NCBI GenBank assembly: GCA_038496445.1
Contig: JALMLS010000466.1
Coordinates: 806,001-870,000 of the forward strand
DNA length: 64,000 nt
Direction of reading: 5' to 3'
Origin: Trichosphaerium sp. ATCC 40318
Taxonomy: Eukaryota; Protista; Tubulinea
Numbering within the stretch: the stretch's first letter is position 1; every line of letters begins with the position of its first letter. The notes below the pieces were generated by a model. That model was not told the DNA's origin, searched no databases, and saw only the letters and a program-made list of their open reading frames with translations. Below, one piece after another: positions 45,622 through 62,006 of this stretch. Both the position numbers and the translations under genes were made by a program.

Positions 45622-46913
45622 ATGATTGTCGCGCGGCGTATGACTACAAAGCAATACGACAAGCAATTTATGGATAGATTGGCAAAAAAACTCAAAATCA
45701 AGCATTTGGACGATTGGTACGGTGTACCACACAAGCGGTTACGAAAACACGGTGGTCACTTTCTCATACTAAGGTGCTTAACCAAATAAGAGCGGTTGTT
45801 TACAACGACTTTGTTAATACCTCGTAGATACGGAGGCTACGTGGCTACAGTACTCAGTTCATTGTATCCAAAGCATAAATGGGCTTTTTGGAATTTCCAG
45901 TGCGCAACAACAGTTTCATGAACCTGCTTGTACCCATTATCGTTACAGACACTCTCCGCGAAACTATTGGAGTGATATAAAAAATCATTTCTACGCTTTT
46001 GATGTCATTGGAGAAATGATAAATATCAAAATTTTGGATGATTGGTATAATGTTAGTACACAACATATGATGAAGCTTGGCATTGGAGGGATGATGTATT
46101 GGTACAAATACCCTCACTGTTCTCTCTTTCGCTTATTGTTCTTTGAGAAAAAGTTACATGAACTCCATGAGTCGAGCTCTAGCAGCTGTCTATCCATATT
46201 GGAAATTTCACATATGGAAGTTCAAGTACGCCTTGAAGGTCTATTTTTTGAACTCTCTAACTCTTCCATAGGTACCCCCCTCCTCTTATTTACTCTGACA
46301 ACTCCTCCTTGCGAGGCAAGGTAGAAGATCTGGCAATAATGCTAGAAGTTAAAGTATTTCATGATTGGTATACTGTCTCACGTAATAATTTCTTGGCTAG
46401 TGGCGGTGCAGGTGTTATAAAAGAGTATGTGTACTCACTAGTTATTCGGGTAAAGAACTAATGGTTTCGCCTTAGATGTGGTAGCCTCTCAAATGCTTTA
46501 AAATTACTCTATCCTATTTTTAAATGGAATGAAGCCAAGTTTTTGTTCCAGTATGTTCTGAAAATAGTTTTTGACTATGTGACTAACAGTTGTTCCCTAA
46601 AGAGCTTCGAAACCTAAAGTTCATGTAAGAGGGCACTGGATAAAACGAGAGAATAGGATAGCTGCACTTAAAGATATTGAGATTGAGTATGGTATAGAAA
46701 AGGTTGAAGATTGGTACTTTACTTCTTTTTTAGTTATCTTTTTTGATGTATTGATTTCTTCTTAGGTATCGCATTTCTACAGTTCTTCTCCGGAAAGTTG
46801 GTTATGGTGGTCTAGAGTCTTATTATCCTTATGTTATAAAAGATTTATATCCAGAGGTTGATTGGGACTGGGATAGATTTCTATTGAGAGAAAAAAAGAC
46901 AGTACAAAAGTAG
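45622..46913 (+). CDS. Uncharacterised repeat protein (DDWY..GG..YP..W.F repeats)
   Basis: Four ~65-aa repeats: HLDDWYGV...HGG; ILDDWYNVS...GIGG; FHDWYTVS...SGG; VEDWYRIS...GYGG, followed by YP/HP...W...F. Confidence 0.7.
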
Positions 46914-46954
46914 GTTTTATTCCTATCGATTACTTGAACAAAACTTTTACGTAT

Positions 46955-49007
46955 TCAGAAATGGACTAAAGTAAGTATTTTTAGGGGTCTGATACATAGC
47001 GTCGATTCGTTATTTCCAGAAGGTACTGGTCTTGACACGATAGCGACATAAATGATTTGGAAACATTCAATTACAAAAGGGTAAATCGCTTTCTTCGACG
47101 ATCTTGGAGTATGGCACTTCGAAGGAATATTGTGTACAATAGAGGGTGTTGTAGTACAGTTACTACATTACTAGTCAAAAGTGATACGGGTAAAAGTTGA
47201 AAGTAACTTCCGTAATTTGTTCTGCACGTGGTACCTTAGAATAAAACAAAATATAAACCCGACAGAAAGAAAAAACTGCGTGACACTTTTGGTACAACTT
47301 TTTTATGTACAAATACTTCTGTTAAAAAATACACACTGCAAAAACAACAACTTTTACATAGGTGGCGGTAAACAAGCATATCCATCATCATCGTCATCTT
47401 TATAAGCGCCTAAACAAAGTAAAAATGTCAACTAGATGATTTTTTTCTTTTGATTTTTTTCTTACTGTAAACTTGACGAGAAAGGGTTCCAATGCTGTAC
47501 GATTGCTCTTCTTCTGAATCTAAAACGTTTGGCAGAGGCGTGTAAAATCCGGAATCTATAAGCGCTCGCGATTTTGGTCGAAGAGGGCTTATCAAATCCA
47601 AGTCTTCTGAACTGCTTTCTGATGGAAATAAAGGTAAAACAGCATAGTCTTCACTGCTCTCTTCGAAAAAATTAGGAGCGACAGCGTAGTTCTCTACAAC
47701 TTGTTTTTTCCCTCTTCGACTTGTTATAGGTGATCTTTTCTTCATGGCATGACCTTTACGTTTCCCCTTAGGCGTACTATCACGTGAGGTTTTTTTCTTT
47801 TTACTGCCGGTTGATGTTTCCGGACTTGTACTTTGTAAAGATGTGCTTCCTCCTGTACTCAGTCGGCGTTTTGTTTGTAACTCCATGAATGCTTCTACAG
47901 GAGCTGTGTTGTATCTTGAAGGTAGTGGCGCATAGTCTTCATCAACACTACCCTGAAGTTAGCACGGAAAAAGTATAATTCATTTTGGGCACGTGATTAT
48001 CACGTGAGAAACTTACTATTCGCATTGTGACCCTACAGTTCTAGATCTGCCTGGCATACCTGTAGCACTACCTAACGTCGACCCAGACCCTGTAAATTCG
48101 ATTTAGTTTACAGTTTATGCAAGAATTTTAGTTAATACCACTTGACGCTGTACATGACCTTGAAGCCCTCATAGTATGCGCCTTCTTTGCATAGTTTTTT
48201 TTCGCGGGTCGACTATTCAGTTAGTAAATCACGTGATTTATACAACGTGTATTCTTTTGGGTGTAAGTACCGGCGACTGTGTGATTTTTGGATAACTGTG
48301 TTCTCTCGCAACGAAGCGTCTAAATGAATACTTACAAAACCGAAAAAATACCCATTTGTTAAACAATAGTGCGTACTCTCAGATGCTGCAGCATTTATTT
48401 TTTCTACCCATAATTGAGCAGCTTCATCACCATCTTCATGTAACAAGAATTAACAGACACGATTTGATGAAAAAAAAACAAAAAACAAAACTAGCGAATG
48501 CTCGTTTTACTTACTGACGAGAATAGAGTATGTGCGTGAAGTGGCATCAACGAAAAACATACGTCTTTTCTTACGCTCTAGACCAAATCTTGCTTTTCTT
48601 ATTTCTCTTAGAGGTATACGCCCTTTCTCATCTCGCATGTTCTACAATAGATTGTAAGTAAACTGTAAATCAAAGAAAATAAAAAAAACGAGTGACCCGA
48701 GAAGTGTTTTACTCGTATTGCGCTCATACCTTGTCAGCGTAATATAATAAATGGTGCTTCTTCAGCACCAGCATCCGCTTTGTCCAATTCTACAATATAA
48801 CTGAGATTTCCTTACGTAAAATCGTTTGGCAATAAAGTCTAAATTTCAAACAAAATTTTTTTAACAACTCATCGGAGCTATCACGTGGGGTGTTGTAGTT
48901 GTGTTAGCTGTTTATTTTAAAACGGCCACAATTCGTTACCACTCGTACCCTTCGTAGAGCGCCCTTTTTTTCAACCCAACCAGTGTACAATACATCGTCT
49001 TGGACAT
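46955..49007 (-). CDS. PH-domain protein with a long Ser/Lys-rich disordered region; ends approximate
   Basis: NWTKRMLVLKKHHLLYY...EKGRIPL...SRTYSI...AQLWVEKINAA; repeated DYA/NYA motifs. Confidence 0.7.
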
Positions 49008-49277
49008 CCATAATGTAAGTTGGGTGAAAGAAGAAAATTCAGAAGCAAGGGTACTGTGCACGTGATTTACAAAAAAAAATTGCTTGAATTTTTTGGGTAA
49101 AAAGGTCACACAAAGCACTTTAGAGAACTACCTTCCGAACAACATTGCTACAATACTTGTTAAATTGATAGCGTTAGATTTATATCAATAACGGCACACC
49201 GTTATTCAGATAGGGAGTAAGTCAGAAAAAGAGTCATTCCGTTTTGTTTGCTTAAAACTGTGTTGCTTCGTTTTTTT

Positions 49278-49710
49278 TTACATCAGAGCTGCTTTCTTTG
49301 TTTCGTTTACACGATGGAGGAAGTAATCCTTAATCTTTTCAAGAACGGAAGCCTTCTCAACGCTCTCTTCGCTCTTCCAACCAGCAAACTCATAGAATTC
49401 GTCCACTTCAAACATAATGAACATGTCTTCGTTGCGACTCTTCAAAATAAAAAGTCAGCGTTCAACTCATTTTCTCTATGTGTTCTTGTACGTACCAAAA
49501 AGTCACCTACTGCCGCTTTAACGTTTTCTGCCGTTATCTTGTCAGCTTGACATGTAGTGAGTATTTCTACGCTTAAAAATGTATTGTACCATCACCACAA
49601 GTTGAAGTTACAGACTTTTCCAGGTCTTGTTTGAAATCCCCTTTGATTTTATCTTCAATAGGCTTAAGCATCTCATTTAATTGAGCAACTACTTCACTGT
49701 TATCAGCCAT
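49278..49710 (-). CDS. Small acidic protein (~105 aa, 3 exons), missed by the ORF track
   Basis: MADNSEVVAQLNEMLKPIEDKIKGDFKQDLEKSVTSTCGD|ADKITAENVKAAVGDFL|SRNEDMFIMFEVDEFYEFAGWKSEESVEKASVLEKIKDYFLHRVNETKKAALM; two clean GT-AG introns. Confidence 0.75.
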
Positions 49711-50043
49711 TATAGCTCTTCTGTGGTAGTGAATGTATCGGCTATTTTATTTTCCCAGACATTAAGCGATGCACTGAACAACAACTGTCACTAGACATTG
49801 ACTGGTCAATGTTAATTTGACACCAAGAGTTATTCTCATTTGTATTAAACCAAGTATAAGCCGCGAAGCTTGCAATTGTAACGCTCCAGACTACTGAGTC
49901 ATAGACTTAACCTATTTAGAAACAACGTGATGAATAACTGTTTACACTAATCTCGGTACGTTATCTCGTAAACATACAGCAGGCTTGTAATAAAAAAAAT
50001 TTGTAATCTACTTTACTTTATGTACATACAAGTCGAAGGATTT

Positions 50044-51734
50044 CTATGGTTGGCACCGTTTTCCTTTACCTTTGGGTTGATTTTGTCGATGATTATTATT
50101 ATTAGTTTTCTTCACTCCATTATTATGGTTTCCTTGACGTTTCTTTCCTTTACCCTGACTATTTCTCTTTGGTTGCTTCTTCTTTTTAGCTCTAATGTTC
50201 TGCCGAGAATGAAACTTCTGAGCAGTCATTGCCTTTACACTACCATTTAAAGCAGTTACACCATTAGAACTTCGTGATGTATATGGTAAAAGAGCTAGGG
50301 CAATACGTTCAGGGTTACCACCTTGTATAGCCTTTAATAGCACAGGATCCTAAGAGCAAGAGTGAGTTCAAACACTCCAAAACTATACAGATTTTCGTCA
50401 AGATTTCAAGTTTTTTCAAAATACAAAATCTTGATGTCATTCTCTTTCGTTTAGTTCGGATTCGTGATAAGTATACTACTTGCTTTTGAAAGGAAAATAA
50501 AAAGAGTAGTTACTTAAGTTTTTATTGGTGGACGTACCATTGCTGCAGGTATTGTAGAGTTTGGTCCTTGTGCTACCTTTAATGCTTTTTGTACTCTCAT
50601 TTTTTTATCTCTTTTTTTTTCTGATTTTGTTTTCTTCTTAATAGGTTCCCAATAATCTGCAATCTTTCTAAGTGTCTGATTGACATTTTTTTTACTAATC
50701 TGTGATCTTAAGAAATAAGTAAGGCTCTGAGTTTTTCCTATTTCATCTACAACACAAGCTCTATTACTTGCATCAATAAGCTTTGATGCTTTTACCCAAT
50801 GCAATGATAATTGCTTATCGTCACAATCATCACTTCTATTCAAAAACTGTGCAGCAGCTGCCTCAGAATAAGGCATATGACAGAAGAAAAGGTAATATCT
50901 AGAGTCTGGCAAGTAACAAAGTTCAGAATCATCCTTTGAAATATACTGTCTCATGAAAGGTACATCTGCCTCAAATATACCTCTAGTCTCTTCTGTAAAC
51001 TCTCGTAGAGCTGTTTCAACAGGACTAAATCTATCTTGTTCTTCTACTTTCCCTCCAGGGAAAGCTAAACCTTTATCTCTTCCTTTTCTTTGTTCTCTGG
51101 TGGAAAATAGAGTTAACACGGCAACAACTTCGTTGAGGTTGCTTGTACGGGTACACAACCGTTTAGAGCACGTACTTTACGAGAAGGATCAGAATATCTG
51201 AATCGCTTGATTTACGGGTAAATGCGCAAACACCTGCTGCGCAGAAGTTTGTGCTGTTTTGCCTGGTTGCTCTAATTTGTTCGTCGGTGAGCTTGACACT
51301 AGATCTTTTCTTCTTCTTTGCGGGCTTCTTTTTGGGTTTTGGTGCCGCTTGGGACTCGTCACACAGATCGACCATAATTACGTCCTCTGATAAAATAAAA
51401 GAGTAAATACCTGAATTTCTATTTGATTGGATATTAAATTACCAGTAGCTGGTTGGTTGTTACGCTTGCGCTGATGTTGATCTCTACCATATTGGTCTTG
51501 TATTGAAGCAAACGAAGAAAGCGTCGTATCGTGCTACAATAGCGTTATTTTAACGTAGAGGGCTCAGAAATCGCTACCTGTGTTGTGGGAACAAGGCTGG
51601 GCTTACAATTACCGCCAGTGTCCATTTCTTCCGTTTTACGGCGCTTTGAACGCTGTCCGTTGAGAATTGATGAGTTTGGGCGCTAAAAATGAGTTAATTT
51701 TAATTGAATATTCTCTGGATACCTTTTTCTCCAT
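50044..51734 (-). CDS. Nudix hydrolase with basic low-complexity termini
   Basis: Nudix box LAFPGGKVEEQDRFSPVETALREFTEETRG; AAGVCAF N-strand; NLS-like basic tracts. Confidence 0.85.
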
Positions 51735-51852
51735 TGTTTACGCCTACAGAGTTCTTGTACAAACTAACTAGCAGTGTCGATGGCTTAAAAGGTTAATTTC
51801 GTTAAGTCTTCGAAAAGCAACTTCCCGTTTTTACAGTGATCATTCAACACTA

Positions 51853-55671
<3,819 letters not shown>

Positions 55672-55701
55672 CAATCAGAGCGATAAAAAAGCCAGCTAGG
55701 T

Positions 55702-57511
55702 TTAATTAACAGAATCTTCCAAAGCGCGTTTTACAAGTGCTACAATTTCTGGACTATCAACTGATACTGGTTCATCAAAATCTATTTCTTGACCATCTAG
55801 TGTATATCCTCGTATTGGTTTAGGATGTTCCACTAGCTTCTGCGTCATGTGTTGCCTATTTTTTGTAAATATGTAAAAAAATAATAAAGTACATTAAAAG
55901 AAAAAAGTAGAGCGGAACTCTTACCAAGCATCTTGTCTTGCTGTTTGGACTTCAAACTTCCATACTCTTCCTAGTTTATGGTATTGATTCGATTGCATTA
56001 CAATCCACCTAGGCAGGAGTGAGTAGCGGGTTTTAAACAACGTTTGAGATGCGACGTACCTCTTCATTGCTTTCAATCTATTTATTCTTGACTTTGTCGA
56101 ATTTTTTCTTGCTGATTTAGAAAATAACTCAACAGAAAACATGAACAGGTCATCTCGCCTTTAAATTGTAAATATCACGTGATATATTTGATTAAAAAAA
56201 AGAATGTAAAAAATAAATGACGTACTCTACTTTATAATTATACTCTTCGGGTTCTTTTTCAACACCGTATCCAGAAAAATGTGATGCTATTACAAGACCT
56301 CTAAGTAAAGGACTACTTGTCTTCCAAAACACCTCAGCAATCGTAGTGTATAATATCTTAATCTCTCCTTTTCTATTTGAAAATGGCTCTTTTGGTTTGT
56401 TTAAAACCATAGATGAGAAGTCTCCAGGTGAATCAAGTGCGTGACTTTGTAAACTAAACTTAGGTCTTATAGGAGCGAACTCACCAGCTGTGCTTAGTAT
56501 ATCCATTTGTGTTTGTGGCTTTGGATTATTAAGTTTTGTCTCAAAGAGGACTGGGTTTCTTATTAATGGTGGAGGAGCAGTAATTGTTGTATGATGAGGA
56601 TTGTATGATCCTATATTATACGTTTGTGATGGGTCAGGCCAAGATTTCACTCCAAAACGTTGTTGGGCGTTGGTTTGTTGGTAATTAAATAGTGGCTAAA
56701 AAAAGCACGTGAGAATAGGGTTTATACTCCAAAAATATCAAGTTTAGTAGCGAACCTCTGGTGGTTTTTGAGGCATCTGTGGTTGATAATAATATGGAGG
56801 ATCATGTGGTTTTGGGTTCGTAGATATGAGTTGTTGCTTAATTGGTGTAAAGTTGAAAGCCGTTGTCCCTTGTTCCCTTTCACTACCATTTGTGTTATTT
56901 TTAATTTTTTCTTCTTCCTCGATTTGTTGCTGTAATAACCCAGGAGATAGTTTAAGAATTTCTGACTAAGTACCCAACAGTCAGTGTCGTTGTTTCAAAA
57001 AATAAAATAAATAAAATAATATTAACGTAAAACATAAATGAGTCAGACGAAGGCAATGGTAATGCACGTGCGTGCAGTAATATAATTTTGTTTTTCTGAA
57101 AAAAATTACTGTAAAAACGTGACAGCTAACCGTTGGGGGTAATTGAAGGGACGTCGAAGACATCATGCCGCTTAGTTGATCGAATTCTTGGGCACCTGGA
57201 GGAGCAGAAGTGTGCTATAGAACCAAATAAGAGAAAATTACACATGTTCGTTTAAACGCGATTACCCATAGTTTAGCCTCTTCTGCACTACCAAAAAAGC
57301 CGTTGGACCTCTCAATATGTTGCTGATCGTGATTTGATAAAGTATCAGCATTAGAACCGTTACTGTACTCCAGTATTTTTCCTGCGAAGCAGTTTTAGCA
57401 AACAACTTTATACTTTCACAAACCTAGCTCTGTCGCCGCGAGGTGTCTAAATTCATCAGAATAATCTATTTCTTCGAGATGAAAACGTTTAGCAGCTGGG
57501 ATATCAGCCAT
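55702..57511 (-). CDS. Unknown protein: Pro/Gln-rich middle region and a basic globular C-terminal domain (possible transcription factor)
   Basis: Consistent exon chain from MADIPAAKRFHLEE to ...RALEDSVN; no family recognised. Confidence 0.6.
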
Positions 57512-57978
57512 TCTGGTTATTCTGTCGACAGACTGGCGAGCAAAATTCAGTAAACAGTCTCAAAAATTCAACAGCTGGTTGGTTTTGGTCTTGGAGAGCG
57601 TTAGCATACCATGCGACATGTTTACGTACGATTGGTTACATTGCTTTGGCAGTAGAGGAGCTCTACGTTATAAAAAGCGCCAATTACGATGGAGTACTTC
57701 AAAAAAGAAGTTAAAACAGTACAACATAGTGAACGCGCTTGTTCGTACATCAAAAACTCTAGAACCTGCGCACGTGGTTTTATGTATGGGATTAATAGCT
57801 TGTTTTGGTTTCGCAACGAAGTATTAGTACATGAAATAACCGTATCGTTCTAGTACTCGAAAACTAAAGATTGGCGTTTTTTCTTCCAGAAAAGCCCGTT
57901 AACTTCCCAAAACAATATTAACGCGTCGTAACAACTACCACCACAGCAGTAAATAGCTGGAACAGTACTAGAGTATCG

Positions 57979-60900
57979 ATGCACATTATAGCTACTGTAC
58001 TTGGTACAGTAATGCTAGCGTTTATTGTACAAGCGCAACTATGTCCTAATACTGCAAGTTGCATTGGCCCTAGCACACCAGATGCTTCTGTTTTTGGGCT
58101 TGCGCCAGGTGGTGCTACGAAAACTATTTCTATACTAACAGTGGGCGATTCTGGTACGTACAGCAATAGTACTATTCCGTTGACTTGTTAAATCAGTAAA
58201 CAACAAGCCGAACTCCACAGATCCTTACAGAATGGTTGGTTGGCCTGATGGTACCACTTGACGCGTCTAAAACCGTATACACCAACTTTTTTTAAGGAAT
58301 GGGTTCCATACTGAAACCAGGAGATCCCACTCGATTCATAGTAACGCTAAACCACGAAATGTCGTCGGATCGTGGAATTGAGCGTTCACATGGAGCAAAA
58401 GGTATTTTTGTACAAACCTTCTTTTGAGAAGCTGCTAAAAAGTCGTCTAGGTGGATTTGTTTCAATGTGGGAAATAGATAGACGCACATTAGAAGTATAC
58501 AAGGGCGAAGATTTAATAAGAAGCCCAGAACACTTGCATGTTGTCAATGGAGAAACTGTGCGAACTCTTTTGTTCATGATTTGGTTGTAATATTAAAACG
58601 TTTGGTAGACACTAGAAAGATTCTGCTCTGGTAACGTACCAGCTATATCTGCGCTTTACAACAGCAAGACCGGTCTTGGTACAATAGATCGAATGCACAT
58701 GGCAGGCAAGTTACTTTGGTTTTTTTCTGTCATTCTTCGCGAGATATTTTCTGATAATGTTACTGTTTTAGGAGAGGAAGTAGATAATGGACGTGCATTT
58801 GCTTGGGTTCTTACTGGTCCTTTCGCTCGTCACGCGTATCACTTACCACGTGCCGGTACTCTAAGGTTTGAAAATGTAATTGCTTGTCCTTTTGAACAAG
58901 ATAAAACATTTGTCGTAAGCCTAGGTACCTTTGGTTTCTTTTTTATAGCCTCAATGTAATTGGTTCTTAGACGACAGCCATACGGGCATAATGTATGCGT
59001 ACATTGGTACCAAGACTAGGTCTTCGGATCCTGTTACGGCAGCTGGATTAACAAATGGAAAACTGTACTGCGTTGACATAGAAGGTGTGTAGTATCACTC
59101 TCAATCTTCTTACAATTTTTCTTAGGTTATGATAGAGAAACTTCTACTGCAGAACCAACGCCTCATACGCCTTTCAGGTTTGCGGCAAACTTAGATATAC
59201 TCCTTGCTTATTTCATGTAGCCTAGTGGAGCTGGGAACAGATGGTGACGTTACAGGCATAAGCGGAGCAAGCTTGAAAGCTCAAGCTATTGTAAGAGGCT
59301 GTACCATCTTCCAGCGGCCTGAAGACGGCGCGTGGCAAGGTATATATCCTTATACACTCGATAGCTTTATAAAGCAATAACAACTATTGTAGAGGGCACA
59401 TTTGAAAGTGATGATCCTTCTCTTTTCTATTTTGCAACAACATCAATTCCACGTGTTTGGCTTTTGAATTTTACTGATATTGCAAACCCTGATCTTGGAG
59501 GTTTTGCTGGGGCTGTACTTGACCCTAGAAACCCGGAAATACGCCCAAATACTAATGATACTGGAAAAGCTTATGATAACCTTGGTACGCTTGTACATTC
59601 AAATAATCAAACTAACAATTGTAAGCTTGGACTGGTGGATATAGAGGTAGATTTTTTTATATTTGTGAAGATCATGGAGCAGGCAGCCAGAAAATTTGGC
59701 GTTATAATATTGATGCTGATGAACTCGTAAATATGGGTGATCATTCAAAGGGATTAGGTTCGAGGGAGTTCAGTGGTATCATATCAGCAGGTACTATTTA
59801 TTGTAAAACATAAGACTAAGGCTGCTCTTTTTGTTGTATGTAGTTCTCATCTTTCAAATAGCAAAGGTAATCGGGCCTGGTTGGTTTTTAGCAGTAGAGC
59901 AAGATCACGAGAATAAGCTATCCGATCCCGAACTTAGTGAAGGAGGCCAAATATTTGCTTTTTATGATGAAGTTGCAGCATATCCAGTACCTCCTGAAAT
60001 ATTCTCTTTTGATACTTCTACAATGGAAACTACTGTTACTATGGGTGAAACAATCACTTTTACAGTTGATGCATATGATTTTAATAACGGTGATGATATA
60101 CACTTTATTTACTACTTCGGAGATGGCGAAAGTGTACGTTTAGTTAGTATTAAAAAAGGGCTAATGTGATACCATCAATAGGCTATTGGAACAAACTCAA
60201 TAAGCCACGTTTATGGTGAAAACGTTGTTAACAAAGCAATAAGCGTTGAGGTTATTGTTAAAGATAGTACTGGACTACACACTACACGTATACTTAGGTA
60301 CATGAGACTGTTTTGTAAGGCTTTTCTTTAACCTTGTGGATTAGATTAAACGTAGTAGAACCAACAACACTTGCACCAACTACAAATCCACCAACACAGG
60401 CGCCAACAACACCTGCACCAACTACAAATCCACCAACACAGGCGCCAACAACAGAACCACTTGTATGAATGAATTTCATTCTACTGGTAAGTATACTAAC
60501 AATAATATTTAGCTCGATTCAACAAAGGGTGTTGTAGTACCAATATTGGAGTGTATTGAGCGTGTTGATTCAAACACATTCATAGCATACTTCGGACATA
60601 GAAGCTCTGGCCACATTCAGCCTGCTCAAAATGAATTCAGTCCAAGTCCAGTAGTACGCACTATGCCCGAGTTAAATTGCGTTCTTATATCTGTAGTTTC
60701 GTGGACAAGTGAGTTCATTCCATAATGGAAGTAGTATAAGATACCCAGGCAGTACTTTCACTGTAGAGTTTACAGAATCATCTTTGACATGGACTGTAAA
60801 TGGTCTTTCTGTTATTGCAGATACTTTCGACGCTAGACAATACTGCAACGTTAGTACGTATACCTCTAAAGAATAACCAAGGGCTTATAAAACGAATTGC

Positions 60901-61616
60901 GCTCTAATATTTCTTAGAAACATCAATGTCTTTTGAAATAACTCAAAATGGAGTACCAGAAGCTGATGTTTATCAAGATATCGTAAATGCTTTGAGTTTC
61001 GTATATAAATTCTCTCGAACTAGAATCTTTATAGAAGTGTCTCCTAAGCGAGAGGTTGTGACACCAACTATATTCATAGGTACACCAGTGTTTTGACAAA
61101 GTATTTTCGCCAACTTTTTATTGACATAATTTAGAACGTACATCACATACAGCAGTTGAGCCAAGGTGCGTTTATATTCGACTTTATTAAAGTAAGTGTA
61201 CTAATACTTTATTTTCAATAGTGCTGCTTCTCTTACATTACAAATTGTAAGCGATTTCCAAGACGATCCTACAATCCTCAATTCGAGGATGGGTGCTTCA
61301 AGAATTACGTATGTGTTCTTTTAGTTATGCTGCATTACTAATAAGTCACCCTTCCTTTAGAGCTGTGAACGTGCTACCAGGTAAAAACTCTGTCGAAGGC
61401 ATTGAAAAACCAAGTATAATACCTCGCCAATGCCAAGAGTATGAAGTAGATGCATCAGAATTTGTTTGTACGTGCTTCAGTGAAACTCCCTTCCAAAACA
61501 AACCGTTTACCTTTTCGCTAGTGTTCGGTTTACTATGTTTCACAGTAATCATTATTGCAGTTCTATTAGTTTATATTATCTATTTGTCTTACCGCAAACG
61601 CGTACGAAGCGAATAA
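57979..61616 (+). CDS. Type I membrane protein: PhoX/DUF839-like beta-propeller, PKD-like domain, PT repeats, further Ig-like domain, TM
   Basis: Signal peptide; GLPDGMG...LNHE...SHGAKGGFVS...RFCSG...GEE...FENV...FQRPEDG...EFSGII...EGGQ; YYFGDG (PKD-like); TM FSLVFGLLCFTVIIIAVLLVYIIYL followed by RKR. Confidence 0.75.
60361..60453 (+). repeat. 42-bp coding tandem repeat, ~2.2 copies (PTTxAPTTNPPTQA mucin-like linker)
   Basis: ccaacaacacYtgcaccaactacaaatccaccaacacaggcg twice, plus a partial third copy. Confidence 0.95.
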
Positions 61617-62006
61617 CTATGGCACGATTTTTGTTTACTCACTTTAGAAATAAACGCCCTCAACAAACTCCACAGCGTTGGGAAAGATACAGTGAGCGAC
61701 AAGACGCAATAAAAATGTTGTACAACAATTTTGAGGTTGTTTTGTAGTTTTTTTTTGTGCTGACGTATAATTGGCAACATCAGTTCAAGCGTTACCAACG
61801 ACATGTGGTGGCGGTTTGAAATGAAAAAAAATACGCAAAAACTGTTGTGAACTACCAAATCAAAAAGATCGGGCATGATCGTACTGTGCGAAGTCGGACT
61901 GGTAGTCCAAGAAAGAAACAAGCCTTTGAACAAAAGGAGACTCGTTGGGGAAAAAAACGTACGACTTTTTATAAAATAGCGCAGTCAGTATCAATAGCTC
62001 CTCATA

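Noticed and set aside
51683-51722. First Nudix intron starting GTATCC
   Set aside because: It continues AG rather than TT and has no TCCTTAAC branch; treated as U2-type.
59087-59096. GTGTAGTATC, resembling the U2 snRNA branch-pairing region
   Set aside because: It is the 5' part of a short intron; the flanking U2 sequence and Sm site are absent.
60361-60453. Direct repeats that might suggest a CRISPR array
   Set aside because: Contiguous in-frame 42-bp coding repeats without spacers, in a eukaryotic exon; no cas genes.
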